This document shows, piece after piece, positions 1 to 10,461 of a stretch of DNA of 42,199 bases; within the stretch, counting starts at the first letter, position 1, and the number at the start of each line of letters is the position of its first letter. Position numbers and translations under genes: made by a program. Source of the DNA: a virus; the IMG/VR virus record IMGVR_UViG_3300045988_008931, positions 1-42,199 of that record, one strand, 5' to 3'. Under the pieces are notes generated by a model. The model was not told the origin of the DNA. It made no database searches and was given only the letters and a program-made list of their open reading frames with translations.

Positions 1-119
1 AACCAGATGTCGAGGTCGCTGATGAGATTGTCTGCATCTGTACCAATCATAAGGTGCTTCGGATTGCAGAATACCGCACGGTGTGGAAGGTTGATTGTCG
101 TCTCGCCCTTCTCGTATGC
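1..119. repeat. Terminal direct repeat, copy 1 (identical to 42081-42199); overlap that closes a circular or permuted 42,080-bp genome
   Basis: Bases 1-119 recur exactly at 42081-42199. The repeat lies inside one continuous reading frame (the capsid gene). Confidence 0.9.
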
Positions 120-974
120 TTTAATCATTCTGTCCCAAATGCCGACACGTGCAATCTTCACTCCGTTGTAGGTCGCTACTTCGAAGCCATCGAACAACTT
201 TTCCCACGGCATAATGTCGTGGTAGGTCTTCTTGAGGTCGTAGGTCAATGCGTCAGCAAGCGAGCGTGTCATGAGCAATACGGCATCGCTGTCGTCTACG
301 ATACGTGTGTCTGCATCCATCAGGATGGTGTCTACAAGTGTAGTAGCCGCACCACTCTTGCGCAATGCAGAAGTCTGCAATGCTGCCGTGGTCTCGCTGT
401 TGGCTGCGATGGCTGTATGTTTGGTCGCTGTGGCTGTAAAGATGCGCTTGAACAGACCATCGCAGACGTTGAAATTACTGACATTTAAGTCTGCTGTCAG
501 CTTGCCGCCACCTGCACCTGCCAATGCTGCCTCCTTGTCACCCAACCAGCCGAAACGCCAAATCATCTGCAGCATGGCTCGATGGAGTGCATCGGCATAG
601 ATTGTCATAAAGTCGGTGCTGGTGAGGTCGCCAATGGCTGTACCAGTCTTCAATGAATACTCAGCGATGGTTCCCTTCAATGCCTCGTAGCAAATCTTAA
701 TAGGAATCTCCCACTGTCCGAATTCCCAACGCTTCTGAGAGTTGGCGATACCCTTCTCTTCATAGGTAGGGTCGCAACCGCCACCCTTCTTACCTACCAT
801 TTCCATCTCTCCGAGAAGAGCGATAGGGTCTTTCTCTTTGACCTTCTGAATGTTCACGAATGAAGAGAAGTCTTCATCGTTGTAGAAGGTTTCCTGCACG
901 GCATCCTTGATGCTTGCGAGGTTTTCCGGCTCGAGTTTAAGGTTCTCAAGCTGCTGTTTTGTAAATCCTGCCAT
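1..974 (-). CDS. Major capsid protein, N-terminal part of a gene split by the circular break
   Basis: The minus frame is open from ATG 974-972 to the window edge; I checked every in-frame triplet and found no stop. It is missing from the ORF track because it runs off the edge. Joined to 42080-41990 it gives 1065 nt / 354 aa (MAGFTKQQLENLKLEPEN...LLEEDMIHAAY). It lies directly downstream of the prohead protease/scaffold gene. Confidence 0.75.
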   Translation of the reverse strand, partial: MAGFTKQQLENLKLEPENLASIKDAVQETFYNDEDFSSFVNIQKVKEKDPIALLGEMEMVGKKGGGCDPTYEEKGIANSQKRWEFGQWEIPIKICYEALKGTIAEYSLKTGTAIGDLTSTDFMTIYADALHRAMLQMIWRFGWLGDKEAALAGAGGGKLTADLNVSNFNVCDGLFKRIFTATATKHTAIAANSETTAALQTSALRKSGAATTLVDTILMDADTRIVDDSDAVLLMTRSLADALTYDLKKTYHDIMPWEKLFDGFEVATYNGVKIARVGIWDRMIKAYEKGETTINLPHRAVFCNPKHLMIGTDADNLISDLDIW

Positions 975-1007
975 TATTTTCATCTGATTTAATGGGTTAA
1001 TACTTGT

Positions 1008-2273
1008 TTACTTCTTGCCCTTTTTGTGGAGCTTGGCAAGTCTCTCCTTGATGGCGTTCTTGCCTTCCTCGACTGGGTTCACGTTGTCGCCTGCGCCCTT
1101 GCCGCTTGGCTGTCGCTGTGCTGGCTGGTAGTGGCTGCTGTAGCCTGCCAACACCTTCTCTGCACCGCCTGCCATCTTCACGGCATTCAGAATGCGCATG
1201 TCTTCCTTGCTCTTTGCGAGTTTCTGCGCGCTAGCCAGTTGTGCCTTGGTGTCGTTCAACTGCTGCTTGAGTGCTGCTACTTGCTGCTGCAACTTGGCTA
1301 CGGTGTCGTTGTCGGTGCTTGATGCGCTGCCGCCCTCACCGCCTTCACCGCCATCATTGTCGGTGTTGTCTGCGGTCTGAATGTCGGTAATTACACCGTC
1401 CTCGACAACGATTGTCTTGCCGTCCGGCATTTCGAACGTTCCGTCCGGACTTGCCTTGTCGCCAACTTGTGGATCTCCCTCTTCACGCTCTACGGTCAGT
1501 GTCTGTCCGTCTGCTGTGTTGAGTTCCATCGCCTTTGGCTCTGCCTTGGCTTGTGGCTCTGCCACCGCCTGCTCTGCTTCCTCCAGTGTCTTCACGCCCA
1601 ACTTAGCGGGAATCTTGTCGAGGAGAGAAGCCTTTACTTCTGTTTTCTTCTCCATTGCTTTTGGATTTTGTTGTTTTGAATTAATAAAATTTTCTATGTT
1701 GCGTTTTGATGCGCTTGCGCTGAGTGCTGAAACGGTGCTGCTGATAAGACCTAGGCGCAAAGCCTCGCTGGTATTGATGAAGATGTCCTTATCCATCAAG
1801 GCTTGAATTTCTTCCCGGTCGCACTCGCACCGCTCTACGTATGCGTCCACCATCTTATCCTGCCACATCTGCATTTCCTCGCCCAGGTTCTTCAAGTCCT
1901 TTGCGTTCAGCTGGTCGCCCAACCCCCAGCCAGGAACCCACGGATTGTGCAGCAGGAAGGCAGCGTTCTCATATGCCTTGCGGCTCTCCTTTGGTGCAGC
2001 GAGCATGATGATTGTTGCCATGGATGCTGCCTTGCCCTCCACGGTGCAGGAAATCTTCTTTCCGCTCTGTCGCAGTCTGTCGTATATCGCCCAACCTTCG
2101 ACTACAGAGCCGCCATTGCAGAAGATGCGCATATCGATGGTGTCATCGTCTTTCGGTATGCTTGCCGCAAAAGCATCTATGTCTTGAAAACATACGCAAT
2201 CACCTCCCCACCATTGATACCAGAACTTGTTGTCTTGGCTGTCGATGTCGTTGTATATTCTGAGTTTTGCCAT
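1008..2273 (-). CDS. ClpP/S14-type prohead (head-maturation) protease fused to a scaffold-like coiled-coil C-terminus
   Basis: Catalytic-type motifs GKAASMATIIMLA (Ser) and LLHNPWV (His). The C-terminal ~200 aa are acidic and coiled-coil (VAALKQQLNDTKAQLASAQKLAKS). Immediately upstream of the capsid gene. Confidence 0.85.
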   Translation of the reverse strand: MAKLRIYNDIDSQDNKFWYQWWGGDCVCFQDIDAFAASIPKDDDTIDMRIFCNGGSVVEGWAIYDRLRQSGKKISCTVEGKAASMATIIMLAAPKESRKAYENAAFLLHNPWVPGWGLGDQLNAKDLKNLGEEMQMWQDKMVDAYVERCECDREEIQALMDKDIFINTSEALRLGLISSTVSALSASASKRNIENFINSKQQNPKAMEKKTEVKASLLDKIPAKLGVKTLEEAEQAVAEPQAKAEPKAMELNTADGQTLTVEREEGDPQVGDKASPDGTFEMPDGKTIVVEDGVITDIQTADNTDNDGGEGGEGGSASSTDNDTVAKLQQQVAALKQQLNDTKAQLASAQKLAKSKEDMRILNAVKMAGGAEKVLAGYSSHYQPAQRQPSGKGAGDNVNPVEEGKNAIKERLAKLHKKGKK

Positions 2274-2305
2274 TGAATCGTGATTTTTTAAGTTTTAAAA
2301 CGCTG

Positions 2306-2313
2306 CAAAGATA
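2306..2313 (-). promoter_or_regulatory. Bacteroidota-type -7 promoter box TATCTTTG for the protease-capsid operon
   Basis: Plus strand gcaaagata is the reverse complement of TATCTTTGC, 33 nt upstream of ATG 2273, in a 196-bp intergenic gap. Confidence 0.55.
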
Positions 2314-2364
2314 CGATATTTTTCTATATGTTTATCTCATAAGCAGTTAATTTTTCTAAACAAG

Positions 2365-2453
2365 CCGAATTTTTGCGTTCTAAGCGGCTTTTATTGCCTT
2401 GGGTGTGTAACTTTACCACCTTTAAGCGAAAACCGCTCAGAACGCGAATCTTG
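2365..2453. repeat. Imperfect 21-bp inverted repeat (16/21) with a 45-bp spacer; possible terminator after the tape-measure gene or a protein-binding site
   Basis: gaatttttgcgttctaagcgg versus the reverse complement of ccgctcagaacgcgaatcttg. Both arms carry the AGAACGC(A/G)AA motif also found at 29111 and 32078. Confidence 0.6.
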
Positions 2454-2469
2454 ATGAAATAACTGCACT

Positions 2470-5400
2470 TTAAATCCTGCCGATATTCTCTATCGTCTGC
2501 ACTCTACGCTGGGTGCGGTTTATCTCCTCCACGCTCACTACTGGCTGAGGAGCCATCTGATACCCTCTTGCTACAGCTGCCGCCAGCATATCCATGCCGA
2601 TGTTGCTGCCTCCGTTGTTTACTACGATAGGAACACCACCGCCTAGCTGGTTGAATGCGGATAATATAGGGCTGAACATCGAAGTCGCCTTGGCGGTCAT
2701 TACGCTCTCGCCATTGGAAAGCCTTGCTGGGATGCTGTCGCTGGTTCCAGTGCCCGAGCCTTGGACGTAGCCACCAGTGGAAAAGCCCTTGACGAGTGCT
2801 TTTGCTCCTGCGAATGCTGCTTTAAGCAATGCGAGTTTCGCTGCTGCGTCTGCCACGCCTGCCCATCCGAGTTTAGCTAAGCCTCTTCCTAGGATTTCAA
2901 TGTATTGTGCCTCCATGGCTATCTCTACGGCATCCAGCAAAGAGCTAAGTAAAGATTTCAGAAAAGAATGAAAAGATTTATCTTCACTATTAAAGAAATC
3001 GACAAAAGCATCTCCAACTGCCAAAATATAGTTTTTCATGTTTTGAAGTTGTTCTTCTGTAAACTGCTTCTTTTTATCGTTCTCATTCTTTTGTATTTCC
3101 ACGTTAGTATCGCTCAGGTCTTTCTGGAGCTGTTCCTGCACGGCTGCATAGTCCTTGTATGCGTCCAGTTTGCTCTGAAGGAAAGCCTTGTATCTCTCCA
3201 GCTTGGCTGTATCGTCTTCCTCTCCAGTGCCACCGTTCATGATGTCCGCATCCTTGCGAGCCTTCTCTGCGTCCTCGAACTCCTTGTTGAGTTCGTCCAC
3301 AATCTCCTTCGCTTGGTTCTTCAAGTCCGCTTTCGCCTTTATCATGATGTCGAGCAGCTTTGCCTGCATTTCCTGCGCCTTTTCCGCTCCGATTTGCCCT
3401 GCCGCCACGTATGCGTCAATGCTCCTCGCAACCATGTTCTTCTCCAGCTGTTCGAGGTCGTTGTTGTAGTCTCGGTCGTTGTCGTACATGCCTGCAAGGT
3501 ATCGCTTCTTTGCGTCCATTACTTGCTCGTTGTACTGGAACTGGATAAGTGCAATCTGTGCCTGCAATTCTTTCTCCTGCTTCTTCCTGCGCTCTGCCTC
3601 TGCCTTTGCTTCCGCTTTCTCCTTGGCTATCTGTGCCTTTGTCTTGGCAGTGCTTTCCTTGGCTGCTGGTGTCGTTCCCTTGTTTCCGTTCGTTGGCTCG
3701 CTGCTGGTCGCTCCACCGTCCTTATCGGCAGGCTTTAGGAACTTTGCGCTCATCATTTCCTTGTCGAAAGCAGAAACGAAAGCCTTGCCAGCGTTCGAGC
3801 CTGCCACCTTAATCTTTGCCCAGTCGTTCTTTAGCCAGCTACCATCAAACATTTCTCGGAAGCCCTCTTTTGCCTTACTGAAATTTAAGGTAACAATGCC
3901 CTCCATAATTTTAAGGAAACCAGTTGCACTTCTACCCATCTGCTTGAAAGCGTCCAAAACCAGCATGCCAACATTCTTTATCATCTTCCATAGGTCTCCG
4001 AAGCTGTTATATATACCTTTTGCCGCTCCAACGACAGAATGATACAAGGCGATGCAGGCGTTCGTCAATCCCATTACGCCTTTTAATATCGCAATTAAGA
4101 CCTTAGAGCCAAACTGCTTTCCCTTGGCAATGATAGTTGCAAAGCCTTGCTGTGTAAAGTCGAAGAGTGCCGAGGTGTAGCTTTTCAACTCTTTTTGTAT
4201 CTTGATGTTCTCCAGCTGTACATCTCCCCACGCTCCAGTCTGTTTCTTCACTTCGTCAAGGCTAGTGCTCATCGTGTCGAGCTGTTCGATAAGCTGAATA
4301 CCTGCTTGCGCTCCCTGCTTTCCGAAGACGTTCTTCAGAACATCGCCCACCTGCTGGCTGTCCGCTCCGAAGTTCTTCATCTTCGTGCTGACCTCTTGGA
4401 TAACATCGAAGGTACTTTTCGTTCCTTTGGCTAGGTCTTTCTGCACTTGCTTGCTTGAAATACCGATAGCATCAAGGCTGGAAGCCGTGCCGCTGCTCAT
4501 CTCACGAATTTTCTTGCTCGCCATATCGATGATGTCGAGACCCTTGTCGCTGAAGATACCGCTACGTGTCTGCTGTATGATAGCCACCATCTGGTCTGCC
4601 GATATTCCTGCATCGTGGAAGGTAGGCGCATACTGCTGTATCTTCTGCAACATATCGCCCGATAGGTCTGCACCGCTCGCAAAGCCCTTGTTGATTACGT
4701 CCATCGCCTGCTCGCCCGATAGATGGAAATTAGCCATAATGTTGTCAGCCGTGCTGAGAACGTCCTTGAAATCCTTTCCCATCGTGTCCGCTGTGGCTGC
4801 AATGCTGTTCCTCATCGTCTCCAAAGCTTCCCCGGTGTAACCAGTGAACTCCCTTGTCAGTCGTGTGGCTTCCATCAATCCCTTATTGTAGTCATAGAAC
4901 CACTTGAATGCCATTCCTGCCCCTGCAACTCCTGCCATTGCCAGGAAATAAGGATTTGTAAGGACTCCAAGCAAAGATGCCTTGAATGCCCCCAGTTTTG
5001 GTATGATGCCAGTAACTGTTTTAGATAGTCCTAAGACACTGTTGGTGAGTTCTCCGACACCTCCACCGCCTCCCATCGGTACTACGTGCTGGAGGTCTTC
5101 CGCTAGGTCAAGCATGGAGTTGTAGTAATTACCGACATTCCGATGGAATCTGTCTGTACCTTCCTCTGCCAGTTTCAACTCCCTTGTTATCTCTTTGATG
5201 TGTTTCTGCAGTTCCTGCCCCTTCGCACCGTTTCGCTCTGCCCTCGATAGCTCATCATAAGCCTTCGTTGCATTCGAAAGCTGGGCACGGAGAGACTTCA
5301 AGCTGCCCTCCTGCTGCTGTTCCTCTCTGACGTTGTTCTGTATCTCCTTCTGCAAGGTGCGCACGTTGTACTGATACTCCTTGATGGTTGCGTTGATGGC

Positions 5401-5577
5401 TTCCGTCTGCACCTTCATTTCATTTGTCGTGATGGTCTTGTCTTTTTCCTGCTGCTGCAAGTCCTTGATGCTTGCCTTCAACTGGTCTATCTTTTCCTTA
5501 TATCTGATGATGCCATAAATTGCATCCTCGTACTTGACCTTGATGTCAAGAATCTGCTGTTTGTCTTCACTTACCAT
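2470..5577 (-). CDS. Tail tape measure protein
   Basis: 1035 aa. Coiled-coil N- and C-terminal regions flank Gly-rich and hydrophobic segments. The core ATADTMGKDFKDVLSTADNIMANFHLSGEQAMDVINKGFASGADLSGDMLQKIQQYAPTFHDAGIS is typical of TP901-type tape-measure domains. Confidence 0.85.
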   Translation of the reverse strand: MVSEDKQQILDIKVKYEDAIYGIIRYKEKIDQLKASIKDLQQQEKDKTITTNEMKVQTEAINATIKEYQYNVRTLQKEIQNNVREEQQQEGSLKSLRAQLSNATKAYDELSRAERNGAKGQELQKHIKEITRELKLAEEGTDRFHRNVGNYYNSMLDLAEDLQHVVPMGGGGGVGELTNSVLGLSKTVTGIIPKLGAFKASLLGVLTNPYFLAMAGVAGAGMAFKWFYDYNKGLMEATRLTREFTGYTGEALETMRNSIAATADTMGKDFKDVLSTADNIMANFHLSGEQAMDVINKGFASGADLSGDMLQKIQQYAPTFHDAGISADQMVAIIQQTRSGIFSDKGLDIIDMASKKIREMSSGTASSLDAIGISSKQVQKDLAKGTKSTFDVIQEVSTKMKNFGADSQQVGDVLKNVFGKQGAQAGIQLIEQLDTMSTSLDEVKKQTGAWGDVQLENIKIQKELKSYTSALFDFTQQGFATIIAKGKQFGSKVLIAILKGVMGLTNACIALYHSVVGAAKGIYNSFGDLWKMIKNVGMLVLDAFKQMGRSATGFLKIMEGIVTLNFSKAKEGFREMFDGSWLKNDWAKIKVAGSNAGKAFVSAFDKEMMSAKFLKPADKDGGATSSEPTNGNKGTTPAAKESTAKTKAQIAKEKAEAKAEAERRKKQEKELQAQIALIQFQYNEQVMDAKKRYLAGMYDNDRDYNNDLEQLEKNMVARSIDAYVAAGQIGAEKAQEMQAKLLDIMIKAKADLKNQAKEIVDELNKEFEDAEKARKDADIMNGGTGEEDDTAKLERYKAFLQSKLDAYKDYAAVQEQLQKDLSDTNVEIQKNENDKKKQFTEEQLQNMKNYILAVGDAFVDFFNSEDKSFHSFLKSLLSSLLDAVEIAMEAQYIEILGRGLAKLGWAGVADAAAKLALLKAAFAGAKALVKGFSTGGYVQGSGTGTSDSIPARLSNGESVMTAKATSMFSPILSAFNQLGGGVPIVVNNGGSNIGMDMLAAAVARGYQMAPQPVVSVEEINRTQRRVQTIENIGRI

Positions 5578-5589
5578 AGTTCGTTCTTT

Positions 5590-8421
5590 TTAGTTGTTCA
5601 ACTCTATCATTGTAACCTCGCAATATCCGCTGCTTGTGGTCTTGATTTCGAGAACCGCAAAATACGCTCCATACTGTGCAAGGTACACTGGCTTCGTTTC
5701 GTCAAAGTTCAGTATCTCCAAATCGGAAAGGTTGAACCGCTCCACAATGTGGTGTGGGTTCGCCACCGTCTTTCTCAACTTTTCCAGCTTGTTGTCGAAG
5801 ATGTCCTGAAGGTCGATGTTGAAAGCCAATTCCGCATAGCCGGCATCGTTCTTCGTCAGGTTCACTATTCGGTCTTTACATGCCTTGTATTTCGTAGCTA
5901 CCTGTGTCGAGAACTGATGCGTATTGAAGTATGAGATACTTTCTTCCCACTCGTATATCGGTATGCGGTTTCCGTCCGTGGCTGCAAATGGAAGCGTACA
6001 AACGTCTTGCGTATACTCAAGCGTCTTGTTGTCTATAGTCATATCCGCATCGTGCTGCTGGTATACGGTGTCGTCTTCCTTCCACTTGTAGATATTGTGC
6101 TGGCAGTAGTCCTCTACGCTGAAATCGGTCTGCCTTGGATGGTTGCTGGCTTCGCTCGGGATGAGCTTCTTCGTCCAGTCAACCGCTTGCGCCTTGGCTT
6201 CCCAAAGGTTCACGATGTCTGCAAACGTAAGTGTTCCACCAATAAACCGCTGGCTTGGAAACGTTGATGTCAGAATGCAGATACACTTCAGGAAATCCGT
6301 TACCTTGATGTCGGGCAGGTTCTTGCCGATAGGGAAATTACCTCCGTAGGGTACTTCATCGCTCTGCTTGATGCTGGCAGTCAACCGTCCGTTGTAACAC
6401 TTCAAGCCAATTAATGCCTGATTTTTCGGATGCTTCATTTCAAAGGTTACAATGTCGCCCTCTTCCAAATCTATCTCCCCTCGTCCTGCTACAAGGTGTA
6501 TGAATCTGCCGTTTACCTTATCCGATTCATAATCGGTCACATATTTTCTAGAAGTTTCATCCTGCTGCAACCCTGCAATATATGGAGTTTCCGTCCAAGT
6601 TCCGTCATCGTTCTTGTGCTTAACCTTCATCTCGATATAATTTGGTGGATATGAGTAGAATGCCTGCGACTCAGTGCTCCCCTCTCCAAAACTCCATGAT
6701 TTGTGCCCACTAGGAGTAACCTTCGATGCGTCCCACGACCAGTTCATCTGAACATCAAAAATCATCTTGCAGGCAATCTTAACATTCAGCTGGCTGTATC
6801 TGTGCCCAATCTCCAGCCCATCGAATACCTCCGATAGGCTCGTTGGTTGGAAGTCGAGAATACCGAGACTATCTGTTTGGAAAAAAGTGCCCTCAAAGCT
6901 GCCTACAACCGTCTGCGCATCTGCCTTCCTCGTAATCAACGGTACAGCAAGTCCCTTTATGATTTCTTTCGCTTGATTGCTCCAGCCGAATGCCACACCA
7001 GTCTGTGCCGTGATAAGGTCAAGTATATACTTAGCCGTAACGCTTGGCTGGATTGTTCCATTGCTCCAGGAACTACCAAAAGAGCCACCTCCACCAAAAG
7101 AGCCGCTTCTGTCAAACGTACCACTGCTCTCTCTCGCATTGCTCTCCGTCTCGCTTTTACTCTTAACAAGAATAGTCGTGCCAGTGCTGTATGCTTTGAT
7201 GGCGTTGATGATAAGCCATTCCGCTGTTGCTGGTGCTTGCAGGTCTACATCGATAGGCATGCTCTCGCTCGTATATTTAACGCTGTACGCTCCTCCTGCC
7301 TGCACTTGGGATAATTTACCGTCCGAGAGATAATAAGCCGCCACAGCCGTGCTTAACGCCATATTTATCATCTTATCTACCGAAGGCTTGATGTATACGA
7401 GGAGACCGGAAGGTTTACTCTTTACCACGCTGAACTCTGTTTCTCCGGCTGCAACCTCATACGTTCCCCATGGTGTTGCCTCTCCGGTCTCCTTGTTCAG
7501 TGCTCCATATTCGACAGAGCCAGCCTTCTCTGCCCGAACCCTGATGGATATTGTCTCCATGGCAACGCTCGTTTCGAGATTGGCGATGCACGCTCCTGCT
7601 TTCACGAACATTCCGAGCATAGGATCTGGAGCTTGCAGAATCGGACTGGTCTCTTTTTCTGTCTTCCCGGCATCATCGGCAAGGCTAAGAACGTTCTTGT
7701 TGGTGTCGAGTATTGCCCATGTCCGGAATTGTCCCTTGCCTAAAACCTTTCTGATGGTGGCTCTCATTCCTGCCTCGAAAGGTATGATTGCACACTGGTA
7801 TGTCTCATCGGTCAAAACCTCGCCAGATACATACTTTCCGACCTCTGTTCCAGTTCTTATCTTACCTTCAACGAGTGAATATGTCGTGTCGCTGTTCCCT
7901 CCCACGCTGCGGTCGTATCCATACCATTCATCGCTTGATGTCTTAGCCACTGCCGTTTCGTATCTTCCATAGAATACTCCATCCGTTATTGCCTTCTCGT
8001 AGGTGTCGTAGCTGTTGTTTTTGGTGAACCGCAGATACTTCGTGCAATTCAACTCGTTCAGCTTCAAATCGGACGATTGCAGCGTTGCCAATGCTTGGAA
8101 CAATCCCCAATAAATCGAAATTTCGATGGTTTCCTTTACGCTCAGAACGCTTGCCCTTCCGCTGTGGATAATCTCCAAGCCGTTGCGGAAATAACGTGCT
8201 GTGTGGAAAATATAGGGGTATTTGCTGCTGGTGCTCGGTTTCCCGGCAAACTCCAGCACAGCCATATTATGCGCTGTCTTGGGCAGGTTGATGGTGTATG
8301 TTGTGTTGGCGGTCATTTTCGTGATGTCACGGAAAAGATTGCTCTTGATGTCGAGCGTGATTGCCGATTCCTCGCTCATATCCATCAAGATGCCATCGAT
8401 GTATAGTTGCTGGTCTGTCAT
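5590..8421 (-). CDS. Large tail/baseplate structural protein (host-interaction candidate), family not recognised
   Basis: 943 aa, beta-rich, with Gly-rich linker SGSFGGGGSFGSSWS. It has a 4-nt overlap with the upstream ORF and ends 12 nt before the tape-measure start. Confidence 0.5.
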   Translation of the reverse strand: MTDQQLYIDGILMDMSEESAITLDIKSNLFRDITKMTANTTYTINLPKTAHNMAVLEFAGKPSTSSKYPYIFHTARYFRNGLEIIHSGRASVLSVKETIEISIYWGLFQALATLQSSDLKLNELNCTKYLRFTKNNSYDTYEKAITDGVFYGRYETAVAKTSSDEWYGYDRSVGGNSDTTYSLVEGKIRTGTEVGKYVSGEVLTDETYQCAIIPFEAGMRATIRKVLGKGQFRTWAILDTNKNVLSLADDAGKTEKETSPILQAPDPMLGMFVKAGACIANLETSVAMETISIRVRAEKAGSVEYGALNKETGEATPWGTYEVAAGETEFSVVKSKPSGLLVYIKPSVDKMINMALSTAVAAYYLSDGKLSQVQAGGAYSVKYTSESMPIDVDLQAPATAEWLIINAIKAYSTGTTILVKSKSETESNARESSGTFDRSGSFGGGGSFGSSWSNGTIQPSVTAKYILDLITAQTGVAFGWSNQAKEIIKGLAVPLITRKADAQTVVGSFEGTFFQTDSLGILDFQPTSLSEVFDGLEIGHRYSQLNVKIACKMIFDVQMNWSWDASKVTPSGHKSWSFGEGSTESQAFYSYPPNYIEMKVKHKNDDGTWTETPYIAGLQQDETSRKYVTDYESDKVNGRFIHLVAGRGEIDLEEGDIVTFEMKHPKNQALIGLKCYNGRLTASIKQSDEVPYGGNFPIGKNLPDIKVTDFLKCICILTSTFPSQRFIGGTLTFADIVNLWEAKAQAVDWTKKLIPSEASNHPRQTDFSVEDYCQHNIYKWKEDDTVYQQHDADMTIDNKTLEYTQDVCTLPFAATDGNRIPIYEWEESISYFNTHQFSTQVATKYKACKDRIVNLTKNDAGYAELAFNIDLQDIFDNKLEKLRKTVANPHHIVERFNLSDLEILNFDETKPVYLAQYGAYFAVLEIKTTSSGYCEVTMIELNN

Positions 8422-9503
8422 AACTGCTGAATCTGTGTATTGTTAATAACTAGGTTGCAGACGAAATCCTGCAACTCTGCTGTTGTCTTGGTGTAGGTTC
8501 CTGCCTTGATTGTCACACTCTGCCACTTGTCGCCACCGAGGTACATATCCACGACCGGGCTGCTGGCTAGGTCTTGCAGGAAATCGAACGTCTCGCTGTC
8601 TACAAGCGGGGCACAAAGTGGTATGGTGTCCTCTCTGCCGTAACCCTGCCTTCTGCCGTTTGCTCCGAGGTAGCCGAATATCGTATCGTCATACTCTCCG
8701 AGGTTGTTACGTACAAAGCTGGTGTCGCTGCTTATCGCCCTGCTCTCATCGCCTTGCGTGAATAGCCAGTAGCGATAGAATCCGTGACGATCAACCCAAC
8801 GCAGGTAGATACCCTTCTCCGTGTCGTTCCTTTCTATCCTTGCAAGGAGAGACTGCTTGCCACCGCTCGCCATCGCAAAGGTAAGGTCGAAAACGTCCGT
8901 GAACGTTCCCAGCTCTATCTTGCCATCGTAGTCGTAGATGTTCCAGTACCTCGCCTTGTTTGGCAGAACGCTGGTATTAATGTCCACGATGCCAGCGATG
9001 CCGGGCTTAACTAACTTGTTTGGTGCTCCCTCGTAGCCTACAAGTATCTGGGAAGCCGTATTGAGATAAAAACCAAAGGTGAATGGGAAATGCGTGAACC
9101 ATGTCAGCTTCTTGCGTCCGTTCCACGTCTCGCCTGCCCTCATCGCTCCCCATACGTAGAAGGTCGTATAGCTGAATGCCGCAAGGTCGCTCCCCTCGCT
9201 GTTCTTGACCTTCACGGAAATATTGAACTCTGCCCCGAGGTTGCTCTGCTGGCTCACCTTGGTGTAGTCAAGGTTCCCGAAGCTGATGCCATCGAAGAGT
9301 GCCTGCACATATTCCCGGTAGTCCATGATGCAGTTATCTGCAAACGCTTCCACGCTGTACGTGTGCGCCCTGGTATCTCTGCTGATGGTTGTCTCGATGC
9401 TCGCAACGCCCGAGCCGCTCGCCTTGATGATGCAGGGAAGGAATGCGAAGCCTACAGCGTCCGCATACTTAATCGTGATGCCGTTTTTCGTTGTCTGTCT
9501 CAT
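8418..9503 (-). CDS. Virion structural protein, function unknown
   Basis: 361-aa ORF with 4-nt overlaps to both neighbours, inside the structural block. Confidence 0.45.
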   Translation of the reverse strand: MRQTTKNGITIKYADAVGFAFLPCIIKASGSGVASIETTISRDTRAHTYSVEAFADNCIMDYREYVQALFDGISFGNLDYTKVSQQSNLGAEFNISVKVKNSEGSDLAAFSYTTFYVWGAMRAGETWNGRKKLTWFTHFPFTFGFYLNTASQILVGYEGAPNKLVKPGIAGIVDINTSVLPNKARYWNIYDYDGKIELGTFTDVFDLTFAMASGGKQSLLARIERNDTEKGIYLRWVDRHGFYRYWLFTQGDESRAISSDTSFVRNNLGEYDDTIFGYLGANGRRQGYGREDTIPLCAPLVDSETFDFLQDLASSPVVDMYLGGDKWQSVTIKAGTYTKTTAELQDFVCNLVINNTQIQQL

Positions 9504-10033
9504 ACCGTCTCATTGTTTAGTTTGATACTGCCCACCGACTGGTGGATTAAGAAAATAAGTCGCTGCCCGAGCCGCTTCATCGTGTCGGGCACAACGTTGC
9601 TGTATACGTCAGCCCTGCCGCCCGTCCGGTGCAGTTTAGAACCCTTGTTGGCTATGGTATGGGCGATGGCTACTGCCATGCTCATGTCGCCACGCTCTTG
9701 TGGAGTGTACTTGTGTGTCCGGTTCGTCTTGTAGGGAATAGGTCTGCCGTGCAGTCCCTTGTCCTTCATCCACTGCCGGATGATGCCAGCAAAGCCGTAG
9801 GGTATCTTGCCTGACCTTCGTCCGGTCTCGAGAACTCCGAATGGCTTGTGTCCCCAGAGGATGGTTTCTTCCTCGCTGGGCTGCTCCACCTTTAGGCTCG
9901 CAATCGTTCGCCCTGATGCGTTCTGTCCGTTGATACGTATGTGGTTGATGATAAGTTGCCGTGCTCTCTCCACTTCCTCACGCATGATGATCGATGCCGC
10001 CTTGGGGTCGAATTGAATACCTCCCTTGCTCAT
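9500..10033 (-). CDS. Structural-module protein (head-tail joining candidate)
   Basis: I trimmed the start to ATG 10033, which forms an ATGA overlap with the stop of 10030-10461. The product starts MSKGGIQFDPKAASIIMREEVERARQL. Confidence 0.5.
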   Translation of the reverse strand: MSKGGIQFDPKAASIIMREEVERARQLIINHIRINGQNASGRTIASLKVEQPSEEETILWGHKPFGVLETGRRSGKIPYGFAGIIRQWMKDKGLHGRPIPYKTNRTHKYTPQERGDMSMAVAIAHTIANKGSKLHRTGGRADVYSNVVPDTMKRLGQRLIFLIHQSVGSIKLNNETV

Positions 10034-10461
10034 ACCTCGCACCCTCCTATGCTCTGTGTCAGCTGAAGGGAGTACATTACGCCAGACACGATCGTGCTCA
10101 GCCGCTCGATGATGGTCTCGTAGTACTGCTGCCCCTCCAGCGGTTCGAACTGGTGCGACTGGTTGATGGCTCGTATCATCCTTGCCCCTGCCATCTTCAT
10201 TCGGTCGATGCACTCTCCGTTGTCTTCGCCTTCCGCTCCCCTTGGTACGGTGTCGAGATACGCCAGGGCTACGTTCACGGTGTCGTATACTCTGCCGTTG
10301 CGTATCTCTGTCGTGCCGCTGGCTGGGATGATGCAGACGATTGCAGGATAGTTCAGTTTCTCCAGCTTGGTGTCCGCTGTGTCCCAGTCCTCAAATAGGT
10401 AGGTGTAGTCTGGTAGCGTGTCTGCTGCCAGCTGCTTTAATGTCTCTCTGATTGTTGCCAT
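10030..10461 (-). CDS. Small structural protein (neck/connector candidate)
   Basis: 143-aa ORF tightly packed in the structural block. No nameable motif. Confidence 0.4.
   Translation of the reverse strand: MATIRETLKQLAADTLPDYTYLFEDWDTADTKLEKLNYPAIVCIIPASGTTEIRNGRVYDTVNVALAYLDTVPRGAEGEDNGECIDRMKMAGARMIRAINQSHQFEPLEGQQYYETIIERLSTIVSGVMYSLQLTQSIGGCEV

Noticed and set aside
1-119. A biological direct terminal repeat marking the physical genome ends.
   Set aside because: The repeat sits in the middle of the major capsid ORF and simply restores it. This is most simply an assembler overlap on a circular or circularly permuted sequence. True termini need read-end analysis.
2968-3738. Long plus-strand ORFs antisense to minus-strand genes (this one, plus for example 1803-2276, 3479-4042, 7349-7972, 9090-9734, 13709-14302, 15791-16594, 38436-39002).
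   Set aside because: Each lies entirely within a longer opposite-strand ORF that has recognisable motifs. Their translations are Leu/Ser/Cys/Phe-rich shadow-frame products with no motifs.
10034-10213. A 60-codon N-terminal extension of ORF 9500-10213.
   Set aside because: The extension is Arg/His/Gly-rich and overlaps the whole 3-prime end of 10030-10461. ATG 10033 forms a typical ATGA stop-start overlap.
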